Below, piece by piece: positions 63,490 through 64,000 of a DNA stretch of 64,000 bases. The stretch's first letter is position 1. Each line of letters starts with the position of its first letter. The DNA is from an uncultured Pseudomonadota bacterium (GTDB lineage Bacteria > Pseudomonadota > Gammaproteobacteria > Burkholderiales > Burkholderiaceae_C): NCBI GenBank assembly GCA_963818005.1, contig CAWFQP010000045.1, positions 3,273 to 67,272 on the forward strand. Reading direction: 5' to 3'. Position numbers and translations under genes: made by a program. The notes beneath the pieces are model-generated. The model worked only from the letters and a program-made list of their open reading frames with translations, made no database searches and was not told the DNA's origin.

Positions 63490-63779
63490 TGTCGGACGAG
63501 CGGGTGCAGCTGAACACCCGCGAGACCGGCGCACCAACCATTGCCGTCGGGCTGGTCACCGAAGCGGACCAGGCCGAGGCCAGCGTCGCCAACGGCCAGG
63601 CCGACTTGGTGGCGCTGGCGCGCGGTATGCTGTTCGACCCGCGCTGGCCCTGGCATGCCGCCGCGCAGCTGGGTGCGCAGGTGGAGGCGTCGACGCAGTG
63701 CTGGCGTTCGCACCCGCATGGCATGAACCGCCTGTTCGGCGAAGTGCGCATCGGCATGCGTTGGAGGGAAGCGGCATGA
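63490..63779 (+). pseudogene. C-terminal fragment of an NADH:flavin oxidoreductase (Old Yellow Enzyme, NamA-like)
   Basis: TIAVGLVTEADQAE...ADLVALARGMLFDPRWPWHAAAQLG; N-terminal part missing. Confidence 0.72.
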
Positions 63780-64000
63780 AGCTGATCGATCTGCAGGGCA
63801 AGCGCGTGCTGATCACGCAGGCGCAGGATTTCATGGGCCCGGCGCTGCAACGCGTGTTCGGCGCGCTCGGCGCCACGGTCATCGCCGATGCGCGGACGCT
63901 GGGCGACGAGGCCGGCATGGCCGAACGCGTGGTGACGGAGGCCGGCGACATCGACGTGCTGGTCGTGCACCTGGCGCTGCCGGCGCCCAGCACCGCCGTG
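63776..64000 (+). CDS. halohydrin dehalogenase-like SDR (HheD-type), runs off the window
   Basis: MKLIDLQGKRVLITQAQDFMGPAL...AGDIDVLVVHLALPAPST; T-x4-F-x-G replaces the SDR TGxxxGxG motif. Confidence 0.75.
   Translation, partial: MKLIDLQGKRVLITQAQDFMGPALQRVFGALGATVIADARTLGDEAGMAERVVTEAGDIDVLVVHLALPAPSTAV

Overview
High-GC betaproteobacterial chromosome segment; the gene order and protein styles fit Burkholderiales, probably the Rubrivivax/Ideonella/Piscinibacter group (inference). In order it contains: a TRAP/aroQ/IclR unit; a queF-SET methyltransferase pair; a PLD/cls-type gene; smc-zipA, then a ~6 kb block (two hydrolases, WS/DGAT, gor, HAD) before ligA; def, tesA/ybbA, ppiC-bolA-ispZ-msrB; a liv-type ABC transporter plus a long beta-oxidation/detox cluster; an MHYT-GGDEF-EAL gene; tex; a cobalt-type nitrile hydratase operon; the thrS-infC-rpmI-rplT-pheST-ihfA-merR-tRNA-Pro block; and a debris-rich region after the tRNA with an orphan atpE and an HheD-like halohydrin dehalogenase. 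Many genes between ~13.7 and 51.4 kb and at ~62 kb carry indels that look like long-read or mixed-strain consensus errors, so their coordinates are approximate. No CRISPR array, rRNA, transposase or integrase was seen. The best leads are a complete Thr-leader-peptide attenuator before thrS, the queF-SET pairing, the stand-alone c-subunit and a possible integration scar at tRNA-Pro. No clearly new multi-gene system can be claimed from the sequence alone.
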